Shown here piece after piece: positions 1 through 9,691 of a stretch of DNA of 43,104 nt. A program made the translations under genes and the position numbers. The stretch is taken from IMG/VR virus record IMGVR_UViG_3300044852_000024, positions 1 to 43,104 of that record; one strand, 5' to 3'. This stretch comes from a virus (taxonomy: Duplodnaviria; Caudoviricetes). The number at the start of each line of letters is the position of its first letter. Positions within the stretch are counted from its first letter, which is position 1. Below the pieces are notes generated by a model. It searched no databases and was not told the DNA's origin. It saw nothing but the letters and a program-made list of their open reading frames with translations.

Positions 1-127
1 CCGACGTGTTGTTCAACGAGCTGCGCGAGTCATTCGCCAGGCTCGGCACGGACAAGGGAACCCAGAAGTCCATCATCGCATCGCTCGGCCTGGATCCGTC
101 GACCCTCCAACTGCTGAACGCAACCAG
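1..127. repeat. 127-bp terminal direct repeat (copy 1), circular-assembly overlap
   Basis: 1-127 is identical to 42978-43104 and lies inside the tape-measure ORF. Confidence 0.95.
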
Positions 128-1202
128 CGAAGAGATTGGCACGCTGGTCGAGAAGTCGCGGGCGCTCGGCATTGTGACGACTGAGCAGGCCGAGAAGGCT
201 GCAGACTTTCAGGACTCGCTCGATACCGCCAAGTTCGCGGTGAGCGCACTCAGCCAACAGATCGCGATCAACCTGGCGCCATCCATGCAGGGCATCACTG
301 ACGGTTTCGTTGAGTTCCTTATCGCGAACAAGGATCTGATCAAGGACGGCCTGAGCTATCTCGGCGAAGTGATCAAGTCAACGGCTGGCTTCATCGTCCA
401 CATGACTCCGCTTGTGCTGGGGCTCGGCTCTGCATTCCTGGTTGCCAAGCTGGCTACCGGTGGATTCGCCACGATCCTGACTTTCGTGACCTCTCCTGTC
501 GTGCTGATCACTGCCGCTATCGTGGCGCTGCTGCTGATCGTTGATGACCTGATCACCGCTTTCGAAGGCGGTCAATCGGTGATCGCTGATTTCTTCATGG
601 AGTTCTTCGGTATCGATATCGTGCCGATCATGCATGGCATTGTGGATGCGTTTATGGATATGGTTGCCGCCGTACTGGCGATCCTTCAGCCGTTGTTTGA
701 TTCGTGGGCGGCGATGTTCCAGGCCGTGATCAAACTCTTCAAGGGCGACTTCAGCGGCGCGCTCGACTCGCTGTCGCAGGCGTTCTCTTCGTGGATCGAG
801 TTCGCCAAGGGAATCTTCGGTGCGTTGTTCGATTACCTGGCCTGGGGATGGGGAAATATTCTCGGCGGCATCAAGCAAGGCGCCATGTCGATCCTTCCTC
901 AGTGGGCGGTCGACCTGATAAGCAGCGGGGAAACTCCAGGCGGCGCGGCGCCTACCGGCACGCAGGAGCCTTTGCCGAGTGGAAGCGGGCAAGACCCTTG
1001 GGATGTGCCAGGCATGAGCCCGAATGAAGCCGTCGGCCTGACTCCGGCTGGCAACACATCGGTCAATAACAGCCAGATCAAGCAAGACATCAAGATCGAC
1101 ATCGCGACCAGTGATCCGAAAGCAGCGGGCGCCGCTGTGGATAACGCTTTGCAGGATCAGCTCAAGACCGCGAAGACTCAGGTTAACCGAGGTGGCCGAT
1201 GA
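1..1202 (+). CDS. Tape measure protein, C-terminal part (continues from 42575 across the junction; ~534 aa in total)
   Basis: ATG at 42575 is in frame with ORF 6..1202 (136 codons to 42983 = position 6); Ala/Gly-rich helical sequence with hydrophobic stretches; follows the tail chaperone. Confidence 0.88.
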   Translation, partial: DVLFNELRESFARLGTDKGTQKSIIASLGLDPSTLQLLNATSEEIGTLVEKSRALGIVTTEQAEKAADFQDSLDTAKFAVSALSQQIAINLAPSMQGITDGFVEFLIANKDLIKDGLSYLGEVIKSTAGFIVHMTPLVLGLGSAFLVAKLATGGFATILTFVTSPVVLITAAIVALLLIVDDLITAFEGGQSVIADFFMEFFGIDIVPIMHGIVDAFMDMVAAVLAILQPLFDSWAAMFQAVIKLFKGDFSGALDSLSQAFSSWIEFAKGIFGALFDYLAWGWGNILGGIKQGAMSILPQWAVDLISSGETPGGAAPTGTQEPLPSGSGQDPWDVPGMSPNEAVGLTPAGNTSVNNSQIKQDIKIDIATSDPKAAGAAVDNALQDQLKTAKTQVNRGGR

Positions 1203-2005
1203 CAGTTCAGGAATTCAAGGCAGGCCAGGATAAGGCTCTCGACTCGGCCTCAACACAAGAGGTCGGCATCGGCGGCTTTACCATGTTCGCCCGTGTTAAC
1301 GATCAGACGCAGTACACGACCGCGTCACCGACCTCGGTTGTCGAAGACGGCAGCTATATCGGCGACCAGCTCATCAATGCGCCGATCAAGCTGACGATCT
1401 CGGGCGATGTGGCTGACCTGTTTGTTGCGCCGCCACCGCAGAGCGCATCTGATAGCCGGATCCCGACTGTCGCGCAGATGAATTCCTTCTTGCCGAAGCG
1501 CACGGTTTCGCAGATCCAGCGCGTCAACAAGGTTATCGACTCGGCGGCGGATCGGTATCGGGCGATCAACAACAGCATCAATGACGGCATCAAGATCGGC
1601 CTGAGCGCTGCCGGTGTGTCGGGCAATAAGGCAGGGACCAAGAGTCTGCGCGAACAGTTCATTGACTACATCGAATCCGTCCATTATGGCAAGCAACTGG
1701 TTTCGATCAGCATGCCGTTTCGGCTACACGACAGCATGGCGATCAACGACGTAACCATTACGCGGGACAACCAGCGCAACGCCCTGGCATTCACGCTGAC
1801 CGCGCAGAAGTTTCGCATCGCCAAGACGATTACCTCGGATGTTGCGCAGTTCTACAAGAAGCCCGCGCCAGCCGTGAAGAGCCAGGTCGGCAAGACGGTA
1901 GATAAGGGCGTCCAGTCGCCGACATCTGGCGAGGGGTCGGGCTCAGGTGCTGGCGGCGTCAAGAAACAGAAATCATTGCTGTCGGCAATTATCGGGCGGT
2001 CCTAA
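1199..2005 (+). CDS. Baseplate/tail-tube initiator (Dit-like) protein
   Basis: 268 aa; ATGA overlap with the tape measure gene; 'PTSVVEDGSYIGD...PIKLTISG' motif typical of post-TMP baseplate proteins. Confidence 0.65.
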   Translation: MTVQEFKAGQDKALDSASTQEVGIGGFTMFARVNDQTQYTTASPTSVVEDGSYIGDQLINAPIKLTISGDVADLFVAPPPQSASDSRIPTVAQMNSFLPKRTVSQIQRVNKVIDSAADRYRAINNSINDGIKIGLSAAGVSGNKAGTKSLREQFIDYIESVHYGKQLVSISMPFRLHDSMAINDVTITRDNQRNALAFTLTAQKFRIAKTITSDVAQFYKKPAPAVKSQVGKTVDKGVQSPTSGEGSGSGAGGVKKQKSLLSAIIGRS

Positions 2006-2346
2006 TGGCATTTCAAATCACCAATATCACCGATGAGCCTAGTCAGCGTCATGTGCTGCTTGTCGGTGACGAAGAGATCATCCTGACCCTGAATTTCTAT
2101 CAGGTGTCAGAGTTCTGGTCGATGGATGTGAGTTGGCGCAACGAGCGGTTTAACGGCTTTATGCTGAGCCTGGGCTGCCTGCACATTCAGGCGCTGAACT
2201 GGCCGTTTGATTTCTTTTGCGCGACAACTGATTCAAGTGGGTTGGCGCCGTTTCGGTTGGGCGACTTCAGTGAGGGCCGGTGCGAGCTGTATTTTGTGAC
2301 CGCTGAAGAGATGCAGGAGCGCAGAGGATTGGAAGTTCCGACTTGA
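2005..2346 (+). CDS. Small baseplate protein
   Basis: 113 aa, coupled to the upstream gene; size and position typical of small myovirus baseplate proteins. Confidence 0.6.
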   Translation: MAFQITNITDEPSQRHVLLVGDEEIILTLNFYQVSEFWSMDVSWRNERFNGFMLSLGCLHIQALNWPFDFFCATTDSSGLAPFRLGDFSEGRCELYFVTAEEMQERRGLEVPT

Positions 2347-2371
2347 CATAATGATTATCCTAGTCGATTAT
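2343..2371 (+). promoter_or_regulatory. Sigma70-like promoter with overlapping operator (TTGACA-17-GATTAT; ATAATGATTAT at 2348-2358)
   Basis: Member of a repeated promoter family; this operator copy is a perfect palindrome; precedes an accessory cassette. Confidence 0.75.
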
Positions 2372-2408
2372 TCGTTTGCGCAATGATGCGCTTACAGGGA
2401 TAAAGATT

Positions 2409-2753
2409 ATGCGTAACATTGATATCAGCAATGCGCCAGACGGGGATATCATTTGCCATTCCCCTGACGGCTCCCTACATCGACTGATCGAGCCTGACTA
2501 TTGGCAGCTTGTGACTCTAGCGCCAATTCCGGCACCTGGATCTGAAGCGGCTTTCGGCGAATTCAAGCAGGCTGGCGAAGTTTCGATCAAGGCTGGCGGT
2601 TTGACGGTTCGCGATTACTTTGCAGCGAAGGCGATGCAGGGTTTCGCGGCAAGCCCTGGCATGATCGACAGCAATGATTCTCGCGCCATCACTTACGTGG
2701 CTGCTGCATCTTATGCGATGGCAGACGCAATGCTTGCGGAGCGTGCGAAGTGA
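2409..2753 (+). CDS. Accessory phage protein (GLTVRDYFAAKAMQG...AYAMADAML motif)
   Basis: ATG at 2409 after ACAGGGA; the C-terminal motif is common in phage early proteins. Confidence 0.7.
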   Translation: MRNIDISNAPDGDIICHSPDGSLHRLIEPDYWQLVTLAPIPAPGSEAAFGEFKQAGEVSIKAGGLTVRDYFAAKAMQGFAASPGMIDSNDSRAITYVAAASYAMADAMLAERAK

Positions 2754-3022
2754 AATACATCAACATCGAATGCGAGCGCTTTTCATGTGCGAGCAGCTCG
2801 CATGACCGCGAAAGTCATCACATAGAGCTTGTCGTTGAGGTTGACGAGTACAGCTTGATCAGCCAGTTCACAGCAAAAGAGGTGGTTGCGGTATCTTCCA
2901 TCGGCGACCTTCTTGATGAGGTTGGTCTGACTCTTTGTCTTGAGCACTTTTGCGGAAATTCAGGCATGACAATGGAAGATTTCAAATCGATCATTGCTCG
3001 CGCACAAGGAGAATCCAAATGA
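2750..3022 (+). CDS. Hypothetical protein
   Basis: 90 aa; GTGA and ATGA overlaps with both neighbours. Confidence 0.6.
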   Translation: MKYINIECERFSCASSSHDRESHHIELVVEVDEYSLISQFTAKEVVAVSSIGDLLDEVGLTLCLEHFCGNSGMTMEDFKSIIARAQGESK

Positions 3023-3507
3023 CCTATATCACCGACACCCTGGCCAAAGACGAAACCCTTCTCGCTGAAGGCAAAATCTCCAAGTGGTCGCTCTTCCACT
3101 TCTACTGCGCTGCTATCCTGTTCGGCCTGTCGATCATCTGCCTGCCGATCAGCGCCGCGCTGCTGCTGTACGCATACCTGAAGATCCGGTCGACCGAGAT
3201 GGGCATCACCAGCAAGCGCGTCATCCGCAAGTCCGGCATCATCAAGCGTGATACGTCCGAGATCCGGCTGGACAAGGTCGAATCGGTTTCTGTTCAGCAG
3301 GGTTTTCTCGGGCGCATCTTCGGTTATGGCGACGTGATCATCTCCGGTACTGGCGGCAATGGTGCGGTGATGAAGGCCGTGAAGAATCCATTGGTGTTTC
3401 GCAACCGTGTACAGGATGCTTGCGATCCGGTTGTGTCCGTTAGCGTCGCAGGCCTGAGTGATGAGATTGTCGCGTATCATTTGGCCAAGCAAGGCGGTGC
3501 GGCATGA
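3019..3507 (+). CDS. Membrane protein with bacterial PH domain (bPH_2/YdbS-like)
   Basis: ATG at 3019 with AAGGAG RBS; hydrophobic N-terminus, then 'ITSKRVIRKSGII...EIRLDKVESVSVQQGFLGRIFGYGDVIISGTG'. Confidence 0.8.
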   Translation: MTYITDTLAKDETLLAEGKISKWSLFHFYCAAILFGLSIICLPISAALLLYAYLKIRSTEMGITSKRVIRKSGIIKRDTSEIRLDKVESVSVQQGFLGRIFGYGDVIISGTGGNGAVMKAVKNPLVFRNRVQDACDPVVSVSVAGLSDEIVAYHLAKQGGAA

Positions 3508-4061
3508 GCCGGATCGACTGGAGCAAGGCGCCGAAGGGCTACGACTTCCACTTCACGCCAAAGCGGGCACTTGATGACGGAGGTTTTTACATGATCCCCG
3601 TGACGAATGATCGCTTTAGCAGCGAGGCAGGTAGCTATATTCTCTTTAGTGATATGCCATATTTGACTGATTTGTTCATTGTTAACTCAAGGCCTGGAGC
3701 GGCCGCATGGACCGGCGAAGGCCTGCCGCCAGTAGATATGGAAGTTGAGGCTTATTACAGTCGCGATAATCGCCCCGACTGGAAGCCATTCAAACTGAAA
3801 TACATGGGTGAAGAGGTCTTGGTGTTCGACTCTGGAGATGGAGAAGTATGCCGCGAGACTGAGTTCATCAGCACTCTGAAGTTCCGCCCAATCCGCACGC
3901 CCGAGCAGATCGCGGCAGAAGAGCGTGAAGCCAAAGCGCGAGCAATGTGGCATGCCATCTACTTCAATACCGATCCAGCTTACTGGGATCGCGCCCCAGA
4001 GGGCACTCGCGATACTTTCCGTGCAGCTATCGACGCTGGATGGCAGCAGGTGAAACAATGA
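3504..4061 (+). CDS. Hypothetical phage protein (IDWSKAP / WTGEGLPPV / FRPIRTPEQIAAEERE motifs)
   Basis: 185 aa; ATGA overlap; motifs familiar from Pseudomonas (pro)phage accessory genes. Confidence 0.75.
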   Translation: MSRIDWSKAPKGYDFHFTPKRALDDGGFYMIPVTNDRFSSEAGSYILFSDMPYLTDLFIVNSRPGAAAWTGEGLPPVDMEVEAYYSRDNRPDWKPFKLKYMGEEVLVFDSGDGEVCRETEFISTLKFRPIRTPEQIAAEEREAKARAMWHAIYFNTDPAYWDRAPEGTRDTFRAAIDAGWQQVKQ

Positions 4062-4112
4062 TCGCCGTCGCCTTTATGCTCTACCACATCCGCAAACTCG
4101 GAAAACGATAAA

Positions 4113-4997
4113 ATGGCTGAACGCTTTCTTCGCGACTACCGGCTGACCATTGGGATAGGCGCGCAGGCTATCACCATTCTGCCGCCATTCCGGATCCGCT
4201 TCAGTGTCGACAAGTCTGACAAGTCAGATCTGAACAAAGCGACGATCAAAGTAGACGGGCTCAATCCTGACAAGCGCCGTCGCCTGGTTCGTGATGCCGA
4301 CGAGAAGCCAGCAAAAGGCGCCGACGGGAAACCGAAGGCTACGTCGAACACGAATAGCGGTTATTTCCCGGTGCTACTGGAGATCGGCTATCAAGGCAAG
4401 CTTGAAACGATCTTCAGGGGATCCATTGATGAGGCTGGCAGCACTCGCGAGAATGACGGCCAGTACGTTACCACCATGACGGCTATGGATGGCGGTGAAG
4501 ACTTCCTTCGCGGATTCGTGTCGACCTCAGTGACCAGCAAGGCAGCAGCGATTGACGCCGTGCTTGGCACCATGCCGAATACCAAGAAGGGCAAGATCGG
4601 CGCACAAGCGGATATCACTCGACCGAAGATCCTGGTCGGCAATTCGATGGCGACGATCCAAGACATGCTTGACCCTGGCCAGCGCTGGTTCATCGACGAC
4701 GAGCGCCTAAACATCCTTGGCGGCGATGAGGTTGTATCAGGCTATGCGCCAGTCGTAAGCGCCGAGACGGGCCTGCTCAACACGCCGGAAGCCGACAAAA
4801 AAGAAGTGACGCTAACGACCTTCCTTAATCCATCGATCAAGGTCGGCGGCCTCTATCAGCTCATCTCGGTCACAGCGCCGCACCGTAACGGCATCTACAA
4901 ATGCAAGCTGATAACCTACAGTGGCGACCTCGACGGCACCGACTGGAATCAGCGCGTAACCGGTGAGATTGCCGAAAACTTCGTGGTGCCAAAATGA
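4113..4997 (+). CDS. Baseplate hub protein
   Basis: 294 aa; position before the spike gene; 'LLEIGYQG...IFRG', 'SAETGLLNTP', 'LNPSIKVG' motifs. Confidence 0.7.
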   Translation: MAERFLRDYRLTIGIGAQAITILPPFRIRFSVDKSDKSDLNKATIKVDGLNPDKRRRLVRDADEKPAKGADGKPKATSNTNSGYFPVLLEIGYQGKLETIFRGSIDEAGSTRENDGQYVTTMTAMDGGEDFLRGFVSTSVTSKAAAIDAVLGTMPNTKKGKIGAQADITRPKILVGNSMATIQDMLDPGQRWFIDDERLNILGGDEVVSGYAPVVSAETGLLNTPEADKKEVTLTTFLNPSIKVGGLYQLISVTAPHRNGIYKCKLITYSGDLDGTDWNQRVTGEIAENFVVPK

Positions 4998-5599
4998 CGC
5001 AGAAGAAAGAAGAACTGACGGATGTAATGAATGACGCCATGATCACGGCGCTCGCGAACACGCACACAATTGTTGTGGCCAAGGTCGTCGCGGTTGGCTC
5101 GATCACGATTGACGTGAAACCGGTCATTCAGCGCGTTGTCGATGGCGAGGCGGTTGACTTGCCGGTATTCCCGTCGGTGCCGCCGATCTTCCTGAGTGGC
5201 GGCGAAAGCTATGACGCGCACCCCATTGCCGAGGGCGACTACTGTCTTCTGCTGGTCAGCGAAAGATGTTTCGACCGCTGGTATGGAGGCGCCGACAACG
5301 TGCCGCCAATCGAGCAGCGCATGCACGATTACAGCGATTGCTTCGCCCTGGTCGGAGTGTCCCCTGCATCAATGGCAAAGACCATTCCTGCGACCATTGA
5401 GCGCTTCGGTGATTCGACTGTGACAGGCGACTGGATTCATACCGGCAACTACACGCTGTTCGGCAGCCTAGATGTATCGCTGAATACCGATTCCACAACC
5501 TACTCCGTGACCGGCATACCTGGCTGGACCGGGACCTTTGCAACCGGCGACAGCAGAACCGTTACCGTTAAGTCCGGGATCATCACAAACGTCGCCTGA
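4994..5599 (+). CDS. Baseplate central spike (gp138/gpV-like)
   Basis: 201 aa; OB-fold-type N-terminus 'VPPIF..GG...PIAEGDYCLLLVSERCFDRW...RMHDYSD'; beta-rich C-terminus. Confidence 0.8.
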   Translation: MTQKKEELTDVMNDAMITALANTHTIVVAKVVAVGSITIDVKPVIQRVVDGEAVDLPVFPSVPPIFLSGGESYDAHPIAEGDYCLLLVSERCFDRWYGGADNVPPIEQRMHDYSDCFALVGVSPASMAKTIPATIERFGDSTVTGDWIHTGNYTLFGSLDVSLNTDSTTYSVTGIPGWTGTFATGDSRTVTVKSGIITNVA

Positions 5600-5637
5600 T
5601 GATGTAAGATGCTGGCATAGCTCTTGCAGGTGACGAC

Positions 5638-5991
5638 ATGCGCGTATCAGGCCTAGATAAAGATAACGACTGGCGTTTCGGGCGCGGCCTTGCCGTGTAC
5701 ATCTCCAGAGGCGACGCCATCAGGCAGAACGTCGTCACCCGCCTCAAGTCATTCCGCTCGGATTTCTTCCTCGATATCGATGCCAACATTGATTGGATCG
5801 ACCTGCTTGGCCGCAGGGAAACCAAAGATGAAATCCTTCGCGCCGTCGAGCGCGTAACGCTCGGCACTGCTGGCGTTACCACCATCACCAAGCTGGAAAT
5901 CGTGGTCAAGACAAGCACGCGCAATGCCACTATACTGCTCTCGTTTGGCACGATTTTTGACGACAGCATCACCGAAGAGATAACCATCTGA
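5638..5991 (+). CDS. Baseplate wedge/sheath initiator (gp25-like)
   Basis: 117 aa; 'LDKDNDWRFGRG...AIRQNVVTRLKSFRSDFFLD'; precedes baseplate J. Confidence 0.75.
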   Translation: MRVSGLDKDNDWRFGRGLAVYISRGDAIRQNVVTRLKSFRSDFFLDIDANIDWIDLLGRRETKDEILRAVERVTLGTAGVTTITKLEIVVKTSTRNATILLSFGTIFDDSITEEITI

Positions 5992-7169
5992 TGGCAGCCC
6001 CGACGATTGATGCCAACGGCATTACGATTCAAAGCTTCGACGATATCCTTGCCGAGCTTGAAGCCGGGTATCGGGCGATCTACGGCGTCGACATCAATCT
6101 CAGCCAAGAGAGCCCGGACGGCCAGCGCATAGCCATTGAGGCGAAGTCTCGGGCTGACATGCAGGCGTTCGGCCTGTGGATCGCCAACAACTTCGACCCG
6201 GACTTCGCTCGCGGGATCTTTCAGGCGAAGATCGCTAAGCTTTCCGGCATCTTCCCGCGCCCCGCGACCCGGTCTTTCTGGGATCTGTCCATTGTAACAA
6301 CCAGAGTCCTGACGCTGCCGACCGGATATCAAATATCTGATGATCTCGGCCAGCTCTGGGAACTTCCAGCGCCGGTCATCTTGCCTATCGGGACATCGCC
6401 GATCACCTTCCAGGCGACCGACTTCGGAGCCGTCACCGGTCTTGCTGGCGCCGTGTTCACTCCGGTCACTGTTGTCCTCGGCGTCACAGGTTTTACGGCT
6501 GCCGTCGATGCAGAACCGGGCAAGGATGAAGAAACTGATGAGGAGCTCGTACAGAAGCGCAATCTGAGCCTGGAAAACCCGGCCTTCTCGACCACTAATT
6601 CCCTGGCCGCTCGCCTGCTGAACACCGCTGGCGTGACCGATGCCCGCGTCTACGATAATGACTCCGATGTATTCGATACGGTCAACAGTCTGGACGCGCA
6701 CAGCATTTGGGCGGTGGTCGAGGGTGGCACGATTGACGACATCATGCAGGTTTTGCTGTTCCAGAAAACAGGCGGAACAGGTATCAAAGGCGCTATTCAG
6801 GCGACGATCCCCGAAACTCTGACGCGGCCAGACGGCAGCACTTTCATCGTGAATCAGATCCGTCGTTTTGACCGGCCAGTCATGGCGCCGATTTATGTGA
6901 CACTGACCGCAAAGCGCCGCAATCCGCTTGTGCCTGTCGACGTGGCGCTGATCAAGCAGAAGATCGCCGCCTACAAGTTTTATATCGGGACCGCGCTGGA
7001 GGCTTCGGCGCTGTACTGCCCCGCCTATACGGCTGGCGACGACTTCATTCTAACGCTGATGAAGATCAGCAAGGACAACATCACCTTCACTGACGGCAGT
7101 CTCTCTCCTGCGCCTGGCGCCAAGTTCGAAATCCTTGCCGCGAACATCACCATCACCGAGGTGCCTTAA
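5991..7169 (+). CDS. Baseplate J-like wedge protein
   Basis: 392 aa; 'SPDGQRI', 'GKDEETDEEL', 'HSIWAVVEGG' motifs. Confidence 0.85.
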   Translation: MAAPTIDANGITIQSFDDILAELEAGYRAIYGVDINLSQESPDGQRIAIEAKSRADMQAFGLWIANNFDPDFARGIFQAKIAKLSGIFPRPATRSFWDLSIVTTRVLTLPTGYQISDDLGQLWELPAPVILPIGTSPITFQATDFGAVTGLAGAVFTPVTVVLGVTGFTAAVDAEPGKDEETDEELVQKRNLSLENPAFSTTNSLAARLLNTAGVTDARVYDNDSDVFDTVNSLDAHSIWAVVEGGTIDDIMQVLLFQKTGGTGIKGAIQATIPETLTRPDGSTFIVNQIRRFDRPVMAPIYVTLTAKRRNPLVPVDVALIKQKIAAYKFYIGTALEASALYCPAYTAGDDFILTLMKISKDNITFTDGSLSPAPGAKFEILAANITITEVP

Positions 7170-7885
7170 TGGCGATGGTCGACGAAACTGTCAATCTGTT
7201 GATTAAACAGTATTGGGAGAAGCCGAAAGCCAAAGCCGAAATCGAGCTTCAGGCTTCGACGTGGGAAACAACGCGGGCATTCCTTGAGGCGCTGGACCCG
7301 GCCTTCGATCTGGATAATGCTATCGGCGCGCAGCTTGATGTGCTTGGCAGGATTGTTGGCATCAGCCGATCAGTCCCTGACATCATTCCGAAGATCTATT
7401 TCGGATTCAGTATCAACCCGAGTGACGAAGGGTTTGCCAGTAAGTTTGATCCTTCGCGAATCGGCGGCCCATTTTATAGCAAGTTTTCTTCCGCCTTTAC
7501 TGATCTTCAGCTTGGAGATAGCGACTATAGATTTTTCATCCGCGTCAAGGCGGCAAAAAATAGAGCCTCAGGGTATATATCGAGCGACAAATATATAGGC
7601 ATCCAGAACGTTGTATTGTCCGCGTTCGATGGCCGCGCCTATGTCGTCGACAACCTCGATATGACGCTTACTTTGTACGTCTCCCCAGTTGTGAGCCTGG
7701 ATCGACTGCGACTAATTCTGGCGCTTAATTTGCTGCCGAAGCCGCAAGGGGTAAGATACAAGGTAATCATTCAGGCTGAGCCTGGCGTAACGTTCGGGTT
7801 CTCCAACAACATTCTTTCGCGAGGCTTCGCGAGCAAATTCGACCTGGCCCGCGTCGGCGGGTTCTTCGCAAGAAAGGTGATCTGA
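7169..7885 (+). CDS. Baseplate wedge protein (DUF2612-like)
   Basis: 238 aa; 'LLIKQYWEKPKA', 'FDLDNAIGAQLDVLGRIVGISR', 'LLPKPQGV'. Confidence 0.8.
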   Translation: MAMVDETVNLLIKQYWEKPKAKAEIELQASTWETTRAFLEALDPAFDLDNAIGAQLDVLGRIVGISRSVPDIIPKIYFGFSINPSDEGFASKFDPSRIGGPFYSKFSSAFTDLQLGDSDYRFFIRVKAAKNRASGYISSDKYIGIQNVVLSAFDGRAYVVDNLDMTLTLYVSPVVSLDRLRLILALNLLPKPQGVRYKVIIQAEPGVTFGFSNNILSRGFASKFDLARVGGFFARKVI

Positions 7886-7886
7886 T

Positions 7887-8678
7887 ATGGCAAAAATTAC
7901 ACGGTTCCTCGGCAACCTCAAGGCTTTCGCTTCCGCTGCGCTCGGGACCGAACGAACCATCTTCGGCGATGTCACTCAGGCGAATGACCTTACCAGTCAA
8001 TTCACGGCTGATTTCTTGCGCGGCTGGGGAATTGTCGGTCCGTCCGATCAGCCGACACTTGAGGACTTCAACGCCGTTTCATACACGCACGGGCAGCTCT
8101 TGGCCTATCTGCATCAGGCTGGTATCGCCGAATATAACGCTCTTCAGGAATACTATATCGGCGGCCTGTGCAATGTGGCTGGCGTGGTCTACCGCTCCCT
8201 TGTTGATAGCAACATCGGTAACACTCCGGCTTCATCGCCTACTCAGTGGTCGCAGCTTTATGTGCCATCGACCGAGACTGTTGCGGGTATTTCCGAGGTG
8301 GCATCTCAAGCCGAAGTTGATGCGGGCACGGCAGGCAACTTCGCCGTAACGCCTGCCAAGCTCCGATTCGGGTTTGGAGCCCTCCTCGCGCAGAATGGCT
8401 ACATCACTTTTCCATCTTGGATGGGCGGCCTGATCATTCAGTGGTCTCGGGCAACCATTGGCGTTTCCGGTGGTTACGCATGGTCTTACCCTACGGCCTT
8501 CACGACCGCCGTATATAACTGCTGGGGCACCGTGTATGCGCCCACCGCCGCCGACGTAGTGACGCGCTCTGTTCAGCCGGTAACGCCTGGGCTTACCGCG
8601 TGCGCATTTGCCGTGTCCGCAAACAGCGCGGCTATCTCGGCCCCAACCGGCCTGGCTCTTCTGGCTATCGGCAAATAA
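7887..8678 (+). CDS. Tail fiber protein (short)
   Basis: 263 aa after the baseplate genes; 'AVTPAKL', 'QNGYITFPSWMGGLIIQW...YPTAF...LAIGK' fiber C-terminal domain. Confidence 0.75.
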   Translation: MAKITRFLGNLKAFASAALGTERTIFGDVTQANDLTSQFTADFLRGWGIVGPSDQPTLEDFNAVSYTHGQLLAYLHQAGIAEYNALQEYYIGGLCNVAGVVYRSLVDSNIGNTPASSPTQWSQLYVPSTETVAGISEVASQAEVDAGTAGNFAVTPAKLRFGFGALLAQNGYITFPSWMGGLIIQWSRATIGVSGGYAWSYPTAFTTAVYNCWGTVYAPTAADVVTRSVQPVTPGLTACAFAVSANSAAISAPTGLALLAIGK

Positions 8679-8689
8679 GGAATCATCAA

Positions 8690-9199
8690 ATGACGAAATA
8701 TTACATTCTGTTCGGCGCCGACGGCGTCCTGATCACTCGCCTGGTCGACAGCAAAGACAACATCCCAGAAGAAGCCATAGAGGTTGAATATGACTTTTGG
8801 GCTCATACCGCTCAAGACGATAGCGGCATCTGGATGCTCAATGCCGACGGGACAATCACGCTGCATCCATTCCCGCCGCATGTTCCGAGCCCCGAGGAAG
8901 TGTTGGCCAGTCAAAGCGCCAAGCTCCAAGGATTTAAGCAGGTAGCAGAGGCTCAGAAGGTGGCGCTCGCGGCGCGCATCGGAGTTCTGAATGACGCCAT
9001 TGAGCTGGAAGAAGCAACGCCAGCCGAGATCGCCGAGCTGCCACTGCGTCAGGCGCAACTGCTCGAATGGAAGCGTTACGCCATTTATCTGGGGCGCGTC
9101 ACCACGCAAGCTGGCTGGCCGCCTGATGCCGTCTGGCCAGTTCAGCCAGTAGGCGGCATGGATCTCACTGTTTCGGCGTCGGCGCCAGATCTCGCATGA
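8690..9199 (+). CDS. Tail fiber assembly chaperone
   Basis: ATG at 8690 after AAGGA; 'LNDAIELEEAT..E...LLEWKRY...L.RV...GWP...WPVQP' (Tfa-type). Confidence 0.8.
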   Translation: MTKYYILFGADGVLITRLVDSKDNIPEEAIEVEYDFWAHTAQDDSGIWMLNADGTITLHPFPPHVPSPEEVLASQSAKLQGFKQVAEAQKVALAARIGVLNDAIELEEATPAEIAELPLRQAQLLEWKRYAIYLGRVTTQAGWPPDAVWPVQPVGGMDLTVSASAPDLA

Positions 9200-9334
9200 C
9201 CAGGGCGACCTGCTTCAGCATGCTTGCGCTGTCTGTCGCCCCGGTTTTGGGGTTGGATCAATAAGTGTTATCTTGACGATAATGCCAATGCGCCACCTGT
9301 AAGGGCGGCGCAACAACTTCGCCAAGGATCAAGC

Positions 9335-9691
9335 ATGGATGACCCTGTTAGCCTGACCGGTCTGCCAACCACAATCGCTACGGCTGTCGGCGTCTTCTTT
9401 GCCTGTATGGCGGCGCTGAATAAGTGGATGCAGTCCCAGAAAAACGATGTAACGCAGGTCACGATTCTGACTGATGACCGCGACCGATGGCAGGAAAGGG
9501 CCGAGAAAGCCGAAAACGCAATTGACGATTACCGGGCAAAGCTGAACCAAATCATCATCGATCAGTCGGAAATGAAAGCGCAAAACGCCGTGATGATCGA
9601 GCAGCTAAAGAATCTGCGCGAAGAAAACGACGAGTTGCGCGCCGAAGTTCGAAGGCTTGCTGGAGGTTCAAATGTCCGATCAATCTCATAG
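9335..9691 (+). CDS. Lysis-cassette membrane protein (one TM helix plus coiled coil; holin/antiholin candidate)
   Basis: ATG at 9335 after AAGGA; N-terminal hydrophobic segment; two genes upstream of the endolysin. Confidence 0.55.
   Translation: MDDPVSLTGLPTTIATAVGVFFACMAALNKWMQSQKNDVTQVTILTDDRDRWQERAEKAENAIDDYRAKLNQIIIDQSEMKAQNAVMIEQLKNLREENDELRAEVRRLAGGSNVRSIS

Noticed and set aside
7395-7870. Internal duplication FGFS.N....GFASKFD..R.GG.F in the DUF2612-like protein
   Set aside because: Real at the protein level, but probably an ordinary structural repeat of this baseplate family
7887-9199. Diversity-generating retroelement or invertible tail-fiber cassette
   Set aside because: No reverse transcriptase, invertase or template/variable repeat pair seen
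9266-9274. Shared late-promoter motif (extended -10 TGtTATCTT here; TGaTATAGT at 29356-29364)
   Set aside because: Only two short degenerate matches with no shared upstream element; too weak to call
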